From assembly GCA_030640885.1 (NCBI GenBank), contig DAOWIN010000083.1, positions 1 through 26,282 of the forward strand: a stretch of DNA of 26,282 nucleotides, read 5' to 3'. A program made the position numbers and the translations under genes. Under the pieces are notes generated by a model. It was not told the origin of the DNA and did no database searches. It saw only the letters and a list, made by a program, of their open reading frames with translations. This document shows, one piece after another, positions 7,885 to 15,547 of this stretch (position 1 is the stretch's first letter; every line of letters starts with the position of its first letter). This stretch comes from Candidatus Omnitrophota bacterium (GTDB taxonomy: Bacteria > Omnitrophota > 4484-213).

Positions 7885-8781
7885 ATGAAAATGAGTTTTT
7901 GGAAAAGCTTGGGACAGAGTTTTAATCCCAAATTTTATAATGAGATTGCCGAACAAGGTTTTGGAAAAAGCTTCAAATATTTAGTTTTATTTTTGCTTTT
8001 GGTAGGTTTGCTTATTGGAGGAAAATTTAGTTTTGTAATAAAAACTGGACTGCAGCAGGCAAATCAGTGGATAAGCGAAAATCTTCCCGGAAAGATGAAG
8101 GAATATTTACCTCAGCAGATAGAGATAAAAAATGGCAAGCTCTCTGTTGATGCAGAACAGCCGTTTATCCGTCTGTTAGCAGAGGAAGGGGCATTTATTG
8201 TTGACACAACCGGCAAAATTACCTCATTAGACGATTATAAAAATGGGCTTCTAATAACCGAAACTAAGCTAATTTTTAAACAAACAAAACCAACTGGCGC
8301 TGTAGAAACAAAAGAACAGAGCTTTGCAAATGTGCCTTTATTAAATATAAAACCAGGGGACAATAGCAGAGGAGAAATTATTAAACTGGCATGGAAAAGT
8401 TCACCGACAGAACCTGAACAGTTTTTTGTCTTAACCTATGAGCTCCTTGACAAATGGGCAAGGACCCTCTGGAAAATTGCTTTTCTTCCTTTCTTTATGT
8501 TTTTATTTGTTTATTTTCTGATTAGCAAACTTTTGCAATTATTTTTGTTTAGTCTTGTTTCTTTAATTACAAATGCAATCATAAACGCAAAACTGCAATA
8601 TAAAAATTTACTTAATATTGGGATTTATGCTCTCACTCCGGCAACCTTCTTAGCCACCTTATTTATTCTATTTAATGTGCGCATCCCAGCGTTTGGACTT
8701 ATCTATATTCTCATTTACTCAACATTTTTGGCTTTGGGTGTTGTCCATGTTTCACGCCAGAGACTGCAGGTTGCAGATTAA
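7885..8781 (+). CDS. DUF1189-like membrane protein
   Basis: 298 aa; SFNPKFY...GKSFKYLVLFLLL N-terminal TM, a soluble middle region, and 3 C-terminal TMs with IYALTPA; SD aaggag. Confidence 0.7.
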   Translation: MKMSFWKSLGQSFNPKFYNEIAEQGFGKSFKYLVLFLLLVGLLIGGKFSFVIKTGLQQANQWISENLPGKMKEYLPQQIEIKNGKLSVDAEQPFIRLLAEEGAFIVDTTGKITSLDDYKNGLLITETKLIFKQTKPTGAVETKEQSFANVPLLNIKPGDNSRGEIIKLAWKSSPTEPEQFFVLTYELLDKWARTLWKIAFLPFFMFLFVYFLISKLLQLFLFSLVSLITNAIINAKLQYKNLLNIGIYALTPATFLATLFILFNVRIPAFGLIYILIYSTFLALGVVHVSRQRLQVAD

Positions 8782-8800
8782 ATTTGCATTATTCACAAAT

Positions 8801-8865
8801 GAATCATTGATTACACTGACATCTTCATCAGTGCCATCAGTGTTTCTTCATCAGTGCCATCAGTG
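8801..8865. repeat. gattacactga element plus 21-nt tandem duplication
   Basis: tgattacactgacat (8808-8822) is identical to 7832-7846; tcttcatcagtgccatcagtg occurs at 8822-8842 and 8845-8865. Confidence 0.85.
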
Positions 8866-8883
8866 CTAAAATGGAGGTCTAAA

Positions 8884-9810
8884 ATGCAGGGAGACAAAAA
8901 AAAAGAACATATTGTTCTATGGATTGTTTTAGTTTCATTTGCCCTATTAGCTCTTTTAGCGCCAATAATACTAATCCCGAATTTTTTTCGCGCGAAAGAA
9001 AAAGCAAAGCAAAGAAGTCTTCAAACTTCTCGTCAAATATCCTCTAAAAAATATAGTTCTTCGCTGGATACAAAAAAGAAAAGAAGAGCTTCTAAAGTTA
9101 AGAAAAAGTCTGCCAGAGAAACAAGTCTTGAGGCAATTGCCGAAATTGAAAGAAAAATAGCAGAGATAAAAAGTTATCGGGTGGATTTTAAGTCTAAAAT
9201 TATTCGCAAAGGAAAGTCTGCAACGGAAAAAGAGGGCTACGGGATTTCTTTGCAGCCTGATAATCTTAAAGTCAAACTTACCAATAAAGTAAAACTTATT
9301 GATGAAGCAAAATTTAACAATAAAAATAAATTTTCGCTTCAACAAACAGATATTCTTATAGATAGAACCAACCTCTGGCAGCTCAAACCTGATCAGAAAA
9401 CTGCTTATTCTTCAAATGTGAGCAATTTAAGCCCCGCGGCAAAGGAAATAACTGCGGGAGGAATACTACATTTTAGTACTGATATTGGCGCTTTAAAAGA
9501 GACGTTGACAAATGGTTCGGCAAAATTGAAACGCACAGAATATTTAAATGGAGAAAAGATTTTTGCAATTGAACTATCTTTCCAATCTTTAAAAACAAAC
9601 TCTACTTTGAACTTTACACCTTTTGCCGGTAAAATACTTAGTTATCTTAGCGCTGAAAATGGTCTTCCTAAAATGAATATTTTCTACAATAAGCGAGGAA
9701 AAGAAATTATGACTATTTTCTTAAAATTTTCGCGCATAAACCAAATTAGCAAAGACGAATTTAACATTCTTCCTGATTGGGAAATAGTAGATATAAGACA
9801 TAACAGATAA
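8884..9810 (+). CDS. Membrane-anchored LolA-like (lipoprotein carrier fold) protein
   Basis: SD GGAGG (8873-8877) before ATG 8884; the ORF-track GTG start lies inside a repeat. N-terminal TM, Lys/Ser-rich linker, then IKSYRVDFKSKI and ILIDRTNLWQLKPDQKTAY, which resemble LolA-like domains. Confidence 0.6.
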   Translation: MQGDKKKEHIVLWIVLVSFALLALLAPIILIPNFFRAKEKAKQRSLQTSRQISSKKYSSSLDTKKKRRASKVKKKSARETSLEAIAEIERKIAEIKSYRVDFKSKIIRKGKSATEKEGYGISLQPDNLKVKLTNKVKLIDEAKFNNKNKFSLQQTDILIDRTNLWQLKPDQKTAYSSNVSNLSPAAKEITAGGILHFSTDIGALKETLTNGSAKLKRTEYLNGEKIFAIELSFQSLKTNSTLNFTPFAGKILSYLSAENGLPKMNIFYNKRGKEIMTIFLKFSRINQISKDEFNILPDWEIVDIRHNR

Positions 9811-9827
9811 TTTGATAGAAAATTTGC

Positions 9828-9846
9828 ACTTGAGTTTCGCTCAAGT
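9828..9846 (+). terminator. Possible intrinsic terminator hairpin
   Basis: acttgag/ctcaagt stem with tttcg loop, 17 nt after the stop at 9810; the U-tract is weak (cttct). Confidence 0.35.
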
Positions 9847-10027
9847 CTTCTATGGACCAACATTATTCCACTTTAGGCGAATCAAGTTAAAAACAGAATA
9901 ATTTATCAAAGAACGGTAAAAGAAGCTAGATAACAAAATTTGCTTTGCAATAGGGTTTCACGAGACTGAAGGTGTAGAAACTGGTTTGTCGTTATGGAAG
10001 CTGGTATCGAAACTGGAATCTTGGTGT

Positions 10028-10150
10028 GGGAACGGAACACGAAATTAGGCTTAAAATGCGAAAAAATCGAGCTTCGAGTTTCCGCAACGAGCATCGATAC
10101 GAGCATTGACAACCTTAAACAATATGTTATGAATTTCGTGTTCCGTTCCC
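10028..10150. repeat. 19-bp perfect inverted repeat enclosing 85 bp
   Basis: gggaacggaacacgaaatt (10028-10046) is the exact reverse complement of aatttcgtgttccgttccc (10132-10150). Confidence 0.92.
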
Positions 10151-10202
10151 CGCCTAAGGCGGGTCATCTCGCAGGCTCTCGCTCTGCGAGAAAGGAAAGG
10201 AG
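10149..10202 (+). repeat. REP-like double hairpin plus shared 15-nt RBS segment
   Basis: cccgcc-taa-ggcggg (10149-10163), ctcgcag/ctgcgag (10168-10190), gagaaaggaaaggag (10188-10202). Confidence 0.85.
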
Positions 10203-10208
10203 GATATC

Positions 10209-10475
10209 ATGTCACAACATCCAAGTTTAAAATCAAACACAATGGGACGGCATCGTAGCGTGCTTAAGCGTTTAGAAAGAATTAAGATCTTAAAAGAGAA
10301 CGAAAAATGGAAAGATGAAGATTCTCCTTTGGGATTACCCAAGGTTAAAAGCATAAAAATCAAAGTAAAGAAACAAAAAGCGGAAAAAGCTAGCGAGGAA
10401 ACGAAAAAAGAAAAACCAGCCGTAGAAGCAAAAGGCAAAGAAGTGAAAAGCAAGGAATCAAAAGGTAAGAAATAA
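10209..10475 (+). CDS. Small basic protein (PVC-superphylum signature family, TIGR04137-like) with Lys/Glu-rich tail
   Basis: MSQHPSLK...RSVLKRLERIKIL...W...SPLGLPKVK matches the family pattern as recalled. Confidence 0.85.
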   Translation: MSQHPSLKSNTMGRHRSVLKRLERIKILKENEKWKDEDSPLGLPKVKSIKIKVKKQKAEKASEETKKEKPAVEAKGKEVKSKESKGKK

Positions 10476-10476
10476 A

Positions 10477-10962
10477 ATGCATATCCGGAAGTTTAGAGCG
10501 CAAGATAATGAAAGGGTGGAAAAATTTATCCGTTTTATTTTTAAAAATGAATTTTCTGATATGCTTCCTGTTTTTTCTGAAGACGACTTAAAAGACATAA
10601 AAGAACACTATTCAGGCAAAAAAGAGGGCTTTTTTGTAGCGATAGAAAAGAATGAGATTGCCGGAACAATTGGAATCAAGGAAGATGATAAAGTTGAAAA
10701 TAAGGCTTTGCTTCGCCGTATTTTCGTTCATCCCAAACACCGCCGCAAAGGATATGGTTTAAAACTGTTAGATAAAGCAATACAATTTTGCAAAGATAAA
10801 AGCTATGCTACAGCAATTTTCCGCTCTACAAACAAAATGTCTGCGGCAAATAACCTTGTCCAAAAGAGAAAGTTTGTAGAAAGAGAGCATTTGGATTTCC
10901 CTTTAGATAAAGGAAAACAGATTGAGATTGTTAAATTTGTATTGAATTTGAACAATTTTTGA
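10477..10962 (+). CDS. GNAT family N-acetyltransferase
   Basis: FFVA...IAGTIGI, LRRIFVHPKHRRKGYGLKLL (acetyl-CoA-binding motif A). Confidence 0.9.
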   Translation: MHIRKFRAQDNERVEKFIRFIFKNEFSDMLPVFSEDDLKDIKEHYSGKKEGFFVAIEKNEIAGTIGIKEDDKVENKALLRRIFVHPKHRRKGYGLKLLDKAIQFCKDKSYATAIFRSTNKMSAANNLVQKRKFVEREHLDFPLDKGKQIEIVKFVLNLNNF

Positions 10963-11014
10963 TTTCGCAGATTAAAAACAAGTATCCGTCACAGACGGAT
11001 AACAGGAGGAAAAA

Positions 11015-11599
11015 ATGAAATTGTTATTTGCCCTAATCGCTTTTTTCTCTGCTTTACTTTTCTTATTGCTGGGCGGTGTATTAATTGCAGCGGTAATAAA
11101 CCCATTTACTTTAGGTTTACTTTTCGATTTTTTATTTAGAATTTCTCAGATTCCTAATTTCTCTTTTTTTGCTGTAACATTAGGAATACTTTTTATTCTT
11201 ACGGCTTTTTTGATTCTGTATCTATTAGAAAAAAACTACCGAAGAGAGAAAACCATTGCCCTAAACGGAAAAAACGGAAAAATCACAATGGCTGTTTCGG
11301 TAATTGAAGATTTGATAAAAAGGTCAGTGGAGAATTTATTGGATATAAAAGAAATAAACTCAAAAATACTGCTCAAAAAAAAGAGCATAAAAATAATATC
11401 CAAAATTACACTTTTTTCCACGGCAAATATACCCAAAATTACTGATGAAACTCAAAAGATAATAAAGGCGCAAATAGAAGAGGCATTAAATATCAAAGAA
11501 GATGTAGATGTAGAGATTTATGTATCTAAAATTGTAGAAAAAAGCGATAAAGAAAGGATAAGAGAAAAGAAAGAATTGGCAAAACAGATATCTATATGA
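11015..11599 (+). CDS. amaP: Alkaline shock response membrane anchor protein AmaP-like
   Basis: Two N-terminal TMs, then GKITMAVSVIEDLIK and an Asp23-like C-terminal domain; SD aggagg. Confidence 0.75.
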   Translation: MKLLFALIAFFSALLFLLLGGVLIAAVINPFTLGLLFDFLFRISQIPNFSFFAVTLGILFILTAFLILYLLEKNYRREKTIALNGKNGKITMAVSVIEDLIKRSVENLLDIKEINSKILLKKKSIKIISKITLFSTANIPKITDETQKIIKAQIEEALNIKEDVDVEIYVSKIVEKSDKERIREKKELAKQISI

Positions 11600-11626
11600 T
11601 AGAAAAGGAAAGAATGGAAAAGGAAA

Positions 11627-11695
11627 AGAACCTTATCCTGCTCCATTCGCTTCGCTCACTCTCGCAGGCTCTCGCTTCGCGAGAAAGGAAAGGAG
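11627..11695 (-). repeat. REP-like unit (reverse complement of 1065-1115) plus shared 15-nt RBS segment on the + strand
   Basis: tcgcttcgctcactct (11647-11662) and caggctctcgcttcgc (11665-11680) are exact reverse complements of 1082-1097 and 1065-1080; gagaaaggaaaggag at 11681-11695. Confidence 0.9.
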
Positions 11696-11701
11696 GAGAA
11701 A

Positions 11702-12718
11702 ATGCGCGTAGGAATTTTGACAGGGGGAGGGGATTGCCCTGGCCTCAATGCAGTAATTAGAGCGGTTACCAGAAAAGGGCTACAGGAAGGTTTTGAAATA
11801 ATCGGATTTAAAAATGGTTGGCAGGGTTTGATAGAAAATGATTTTGTCAATTTAGATTTGAATTCGGTGTCGGGAATTTTGCCTCGTGGGGGAACCATTT
11901 TAGGAACCTCACGCACTAATCCTTACAAAAAAGAAGAAGACACCCGTAAAGTAAAGGAAAATTTCAATAATATTGACAATTTAATCGCTATAGGAGGAGA
12001 AGATACCTTAGGAGTTGCTTTTAAGTTGTTCGAAGAGGGATTGAATGTAATAGGGGTTCCCAAGACCATCGATAATGACCTCTCTTGCACGGATTACACC
12101 TTTGGTTTTGACACAGCCATTAATATTGTCAGCGAAGCCATTGACCGCTTGCACACTACTGCTGAATCACATCACCGGGTAATGGTTGTAGAAGTTATGG
12201 GAAGGCATAGCGGATGGATTGCTGTTGAGGGAGGAATTGCTGGTGGCGCCGATGTTATCTTAATTCCTGAAATTCCTTTCGATATTCAAATGGTTTATGA
12301 ATTAATAAATAAACGGCATCAGCGAGGAAAAAAATTCAGCATTGTAGTAGTCGCTGAAGGAGCAAAGTTCAAAAAAGATTTTGCTCTTCAAGAAGAAAAT
12401 CGCGACGCCTTTGGCCATGTGCATTTAGGGGGAATTGCTAATTTGCTGGCTGAAGAGATTGAAAAAGGAACAGGGTTTGAAACGCGAGTTGTAGTTTTAG
12501 GTCATCTCCAGCGCGGAGGAAGCCCTTCTGCTTTTGATCGAATATTAGGAACGCGATTAGGAATAAAAGCAATAGAGTTAGTAAAAGAGAAAAACTTCGG
12601 ACAAATGGCCGCTTTACAGGGGAATAAAATAATTTCCGTGTCTCTGAAAGACGCTGTAGGAACCCTAAAAGTAGTGGATGAAGAATTTTACAAGATTGCT
12701 GAAGTATTTTTTGGGTAA
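11702..12718 (+). CDS. pfkA: 6-phosphofructokinase (PfkA family, group III-like)
   Basis: TGGGDCPGLNAVIR, GGTILGTSR, GGEDT, PKTIDND, EVMGRHSGW, LGHLQRGG. Confidence 0.95.
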   Translation: MRVGILTGGGDCPGLNAVIRAVTRKGLQEGFEIIGFKNGWQGLIENDFVNLDLNSVSGILPRGGTILGTSRTNPYKKEEDTRKVKENFNNIDNLIAIGGEDTLGVAFKLFEEGLNVIGVPKTIDNDLSCTDYTFGFDTAINIVSEAIDRLHTTAESHHRVMVVEVMGRHSGWIAVEGGIAGGADVILIPEIPFDIQMVYELINKRHQRGKKFSIVVVAEGAKFKKDFALQEENRDAFGHVHLGGIANLLAEEIEKGTGFETRVVVLGHLQRGGSPSAFDRILGTRLGIKAIELVKEKNFGQMAALQGNKIISVSLKDAVGTLKVVDEEFYKIAEVFFG

Positions 12719-12720
12719 TT

Positions 12721-12736
12721 TATACGCTATACGCTA
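12721..12736. repeat. 7-nt-period tract (tacgcta)
   Basis: tatacgctatacgcta is the exact reverse complement of 18236-18251. Confidence 0.75.
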
Positions 12737-12744
12737 AAAACAAA

Positions 12745-13332
12745 ATGCAAGAAAAAATACAAAAAATTCTTGAGGAAAGCATTAATGTTAAGCAAAAATT
12801 AAAAGAAAGCTATTGTACTGATTTAATTTCCAAAATCATAGGTTTAATAATTCAATGTTTGCAGAATAAAGGGAAAGTGATGCTCTGCGGTAATGGCGGC
12901 AGTGCAGCTGATGCTCAGCACTTAGCCGCTGAGTTCGTAAATAGATTTAAAAAAGAAAGAAAGCCCCTGCCGGCGCTTGCCCTTACTACCGACACCTCCA
13001 TTATTACCAGCATTGCTAATGATTATTCTTACTCGGAGATCTTTTCTAAACAGATATTGGCTCTGGGCAAAAAAGAAGATATTCTGCTCGCCATTTCTAC
13101 CAGCGGACAAGCCGATAATGTGATTACTGCTGCGCAGATGGCTAAAAACTTAGGAATAAAAACAATCGCTTTAAGCGGTAAAGACGGAGGGAAATTGAAA
13201 GAGGTTGCTGATATTTGTTTAATTGTTCCTTCTGATGACACCGCCCACATCCAAGAAACCCATATTACTATCGGGCATATTATTTGTGAGATTGTAGAGG
13301 AAAAAATATTTAGCATCAAAAGCAATGAATGA
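12745..13332 (+). CDS. gmhA: D-sedoheptulose 7-phosphate isomerase
   Basis: CGNGGSAADAQHLAAE, ALTTDTS, ANDY, ISTSG, HIQETH. Confidence 0.97.
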   Translation: MQEKIQKILEESINVKQKLKESYCTDLISKIIGLIIQCLQNKGKVMLCGNGGSAADAQHLAAEFVNRFKKERKPLPALALTTDTSIITSIANDYSYSEIFSKQILALGKKEDILLAISTSGQADNVITAAQMAKNLGIKTIALSGKDGGKLKEVADICLIVPSDDTAHIQETHITIGHIICEIVEEKIFSIKSNE

Positions 13333-13723
13333 AAAAACTATAAAATATTGGATGGAAACGGCTAAATATGATTTGGAAACTGCAAAGGCTATGCTTAAAA
13401 CCAAAAGATACCTTTATGTAGGTTTTATGTGCCATCAGTGTATAGAAAAATCTTTGAGAGGATATTATGTAAGCATCAAAAACGAAATCCCTCCCTATAT
13501 TCATAATTTGCTATTTTTGTCTGAAAGAAGCGACTTGTATAATTATTTTTCAGAAAAACAGAAAGATTTGTTGAACGAATTGCAATCTTTAAGTATGGAA
13601 GTTTCTTATCCCAAAAACAGAGATGAGCTATCTAAAAACCTCTCAAAAGAAAGATGCAAGCAAATTATAAAAAGAACAGAGGAGTTATCAAAATGGATGA
13701 CAAAGAGATTGAAGATAAACTAA
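13325..13723 (+). CDS. HEPN domain protein (MNT-associated type)
   Basis: WMETAKYDLETAKAM...YLYVGFMCHQCIEKSL...PPYIHNL...SYP; overlaps the adjacent MNT gene. Confidence 0.88.
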   Translation: MNEKTIKYWMETAKYDLETAKAMLKTKRYLYVGFMCHQCIEKSLRGYYVSIKNEIPPYIHNLLFLSERSDLYNYFSEKQKDLLNELQSLSMEVSYPKNRDELSKNLSKERCKQIIKRTEELSKWMTKRLKIN

Positions 13724-14025
13724 ATAGATATGTAACCAAATTAAAAAACTTTTTTGATTTGAAAATGGTGGTTTTGTATGGTTCCTATGCTAAAGGAAGC
13801 GGGGGAGAAGACAGCGATATAGATGTTGCTGTTTTTATCAAAGAAGAAAAGGGGGCAGATTACTTAGAGAAAGAAAAGCTTTTGTATAAATTAAGTGCGG
13901 ATATAGATAAAAGAATAGAGGCGGATTTATTTTATATAGATGAAATCAAGGGATTAGAAAAAGCAAGTTTTGTGCAAGAAATTTTAAAAAAAGGAAAAAT
14001 ATTTTATAATAAAGTAGAACTTTGA
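13693..14025 (+). CDS. Minimal nucleotidyltransferase (MNT)
   Basis: LYGSYAKG...DSDIDVAV (GSx10DxD motif); SD aggag before ATG 13693; 110 aa. Confidence 0.9.
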   Translation: MDDKEIEDKLNRYVTKLKNFFDLKMVVLYGSYAKGSGGEDSDIDVAVFIKEEKGADYLEKEKLLYKLSADIDKRIEADLFYIDEIKGLEKASFVQEILKKGKIFYNKVEL

Positions 14026-14507
14026 TGCCTGATAAAAAGATTAAAAAAATAGCTGAATTAAAAGAGATAGTTGAAAATCTAAAAAGGGAAGGGGGAAAGA
14101 TAGTTTTTACTAATGGCTGCTTTGACCTTCTACATATTGGACATATTAATTATTTAAAAAAGGCGCAAAAGCAAGGCGATATTTTGATTATCGGTTTAAA
14201 CAGCGATAGTTCGGTAAAGAAGATAAAAGAGAAAGGACGACCAATAATTCCGCAAAGCGAAAGGGCAAGGATTTTAGCCGCTCTGGAGTTTGTGGATTTT
14301 GTGACTATCTTTGAGGAACAAATTCCTTTAAATCTGATAAAAAAGATAAAACCAAATGTTTTGGTAAAGGGGGGAGATTGGAAAAGAAAAGAAGTGGTAG
14401 GGAGTGATTTTGTGAAATCTTATGGAGGTAAAACACTTGTTGTTCCTTTTACCAAAGGCAAATCTACAAGTTTGATTATTGAAAGGATAAGACGTTGCAA
14501 AAAGTGA
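14025..14507 (+). CDS. rfaE2: D-glycero-beta-D-manno-heptose 1-phosphate adenylyltransferase (stand-alone HldE domain II)
   Basis: FTNGCFDLLHIGH, GLNSDSSV, LVKGGDW, KSTSLII; TGATG overlap with the MNT stop. Confidence 0.95.
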   Translation: MPDKKIKKIAELKEIVENLKREGGKIVFTNGCFDLLHIGHINYLKKAQKQGDILIIGLNSDSSVKKIKEKGRPIIPQSERARILAALEFVDFVTIFEEQIPLNLIKKIKPNVLVKGGDWKRKEVVGSDFVKSYGGKTLVVPFTKGKSTSLIIERIRRCKK

Positions 14508-14538
14508 CGCCTTTGATTACACAGATCTAAATATTTAT

Positions 14539-14934
14539 ATGGATAAAGAAAGGAATGCTTATCGACTTATTGACGCTAATTTTAACCGAACATCAGAGGG
14601 ATTAAGGGTATGCGAGGATATAAGCCGTTTTATTTTAGACAATAAAGGATTAAATGAAAGGTTTAAGAAATTGCGGCATTCTCTATTTCTGGCTAAAAAA
14701 GATTTTTCGCATAAGCAACTTTTGCAGGCAAGAAATGTAAATACAGATGTAGGAAGAAAAATTGAAGGGAAACCGAAGCAAAATTGGCAGGAAATATTGG
14801 CTGCTAATCTTGCGCGCATAAAAGAAGCCCTGCGATGTTTGGAGGAGTTTTCTCAATATTTGGATCCAGAGAAGTCTAAGATGTTTCAAGAAATGAGATT
14901 TGAAATTTATGAAATTGAAAAGGGGATTGGGTAA
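14539..14934 (+). CDS. ThiD2-like protein (homologous to the N-terminal domain of long-form ThiE)
   Basis: YRLIDANFNRTSEGLRVCEDISRF...ARNVNTDVG...ANLARIKEALRCLEEF...RFEIYEIE. Confidence 0.8.
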   Translation: MDKERNAYRLIDANFNRTSEGLRVCEDISRFILDNKGLNERFKKLRHSLFLAKKDFSHKQLLQARNVNTDVGRKIEGKPKQNWQEILAANLARIKEALRCLEEFSQYLDPEKSKMFQEMRFEIYEIEKGIG

Positions 14935-15547
14935 AGAATTTAGATTATATGTTCTTGTAAATTATTCGCCTAACCATAGGGAAGAAAAAGTTTTGCGTTT
15001 TGCCCAGGATATTATAGAAGCAGGGGCTGATGTTGTTCAATTAAGAACAGAAAAGAAAACAGATAAGGAGTTTTTAAGCATAGCCAGCAAAATAAAAGAA
15101 TGGACTCATAAAGCCGGAATTTCCTTTATTGTCAATAATCGTCCTGATATTGCTTTAGCTGTTGACGCTGAAGGTGTGCATTTAGGTCAAAATGACCTTC
15201 CGATTGACTGCGTCCGAAAAATTATTTCCCAAAAGATTGTTGGCAAATCTGCACATAACATTATAGAGGCTATAGAAGCAGAAAGGGAAGGAGCGGATTA
15301 TATTGGCATTGGACCGGTGTTTCCTTCATCTACAAAACCAAACCTTTTTCCCACGGGATTAAGTTTAATTCAAGAGGTTAAAGAAAAAACAGCCCTTCCT
15401 TTTACAGCCATTGGAGGAATAAATTTGAGCAATATCAAAGAGGTTATTAAGGCTGGTGCAAAAAGCGTGGCTGTCTGTTCCGCAATAAAAGAAGCAGAAA
15501 ATCCAAGAGCAGTTGTCAAAGAGTTTAAAAGAATATTGCGGGATTAA
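14909..15547 (+). CDS. thiE: Thiamine phosphate synthase
   Basis: VQLRTEK, FIVNNRPDIA, GVHLGQ, GKSAH, ADYIGIGPVFPSSTKP, AIGGI. Confidence 0.95.
   Translation: MKLKRGLGKEFRLYVLVNYSPNHREEKVLRFAQDIIEAGADVVQLRTEKKTDKEFLSIASKIKEWTHKAGISFIVNNRPDIALAVDAEGVHLGQNDLPIDCVRKIISQKIVGKSAHNIIEAIEAEREGADYIGIGPVFPSSTKPNLFPTGLSLIQEVKEKTALPFTAIGGINLSNIKEVIKAGAKSVAVCSAIKEAENPRAVVKEFKRILRD

Noticed and set aside
10106-10134. Sigma-70 promoter with perfect TTGACA
   Set aside because: No good -10 hexamer at 16-18 bp spacing (tatgaa/atgaat); kept only as part of the inverted-repeat finding.
9906-10230. ORFs 9906-10112(-) and 9994-10230(+)
   Set aside because: They are translations of repeat DNA with no motifs or SD.
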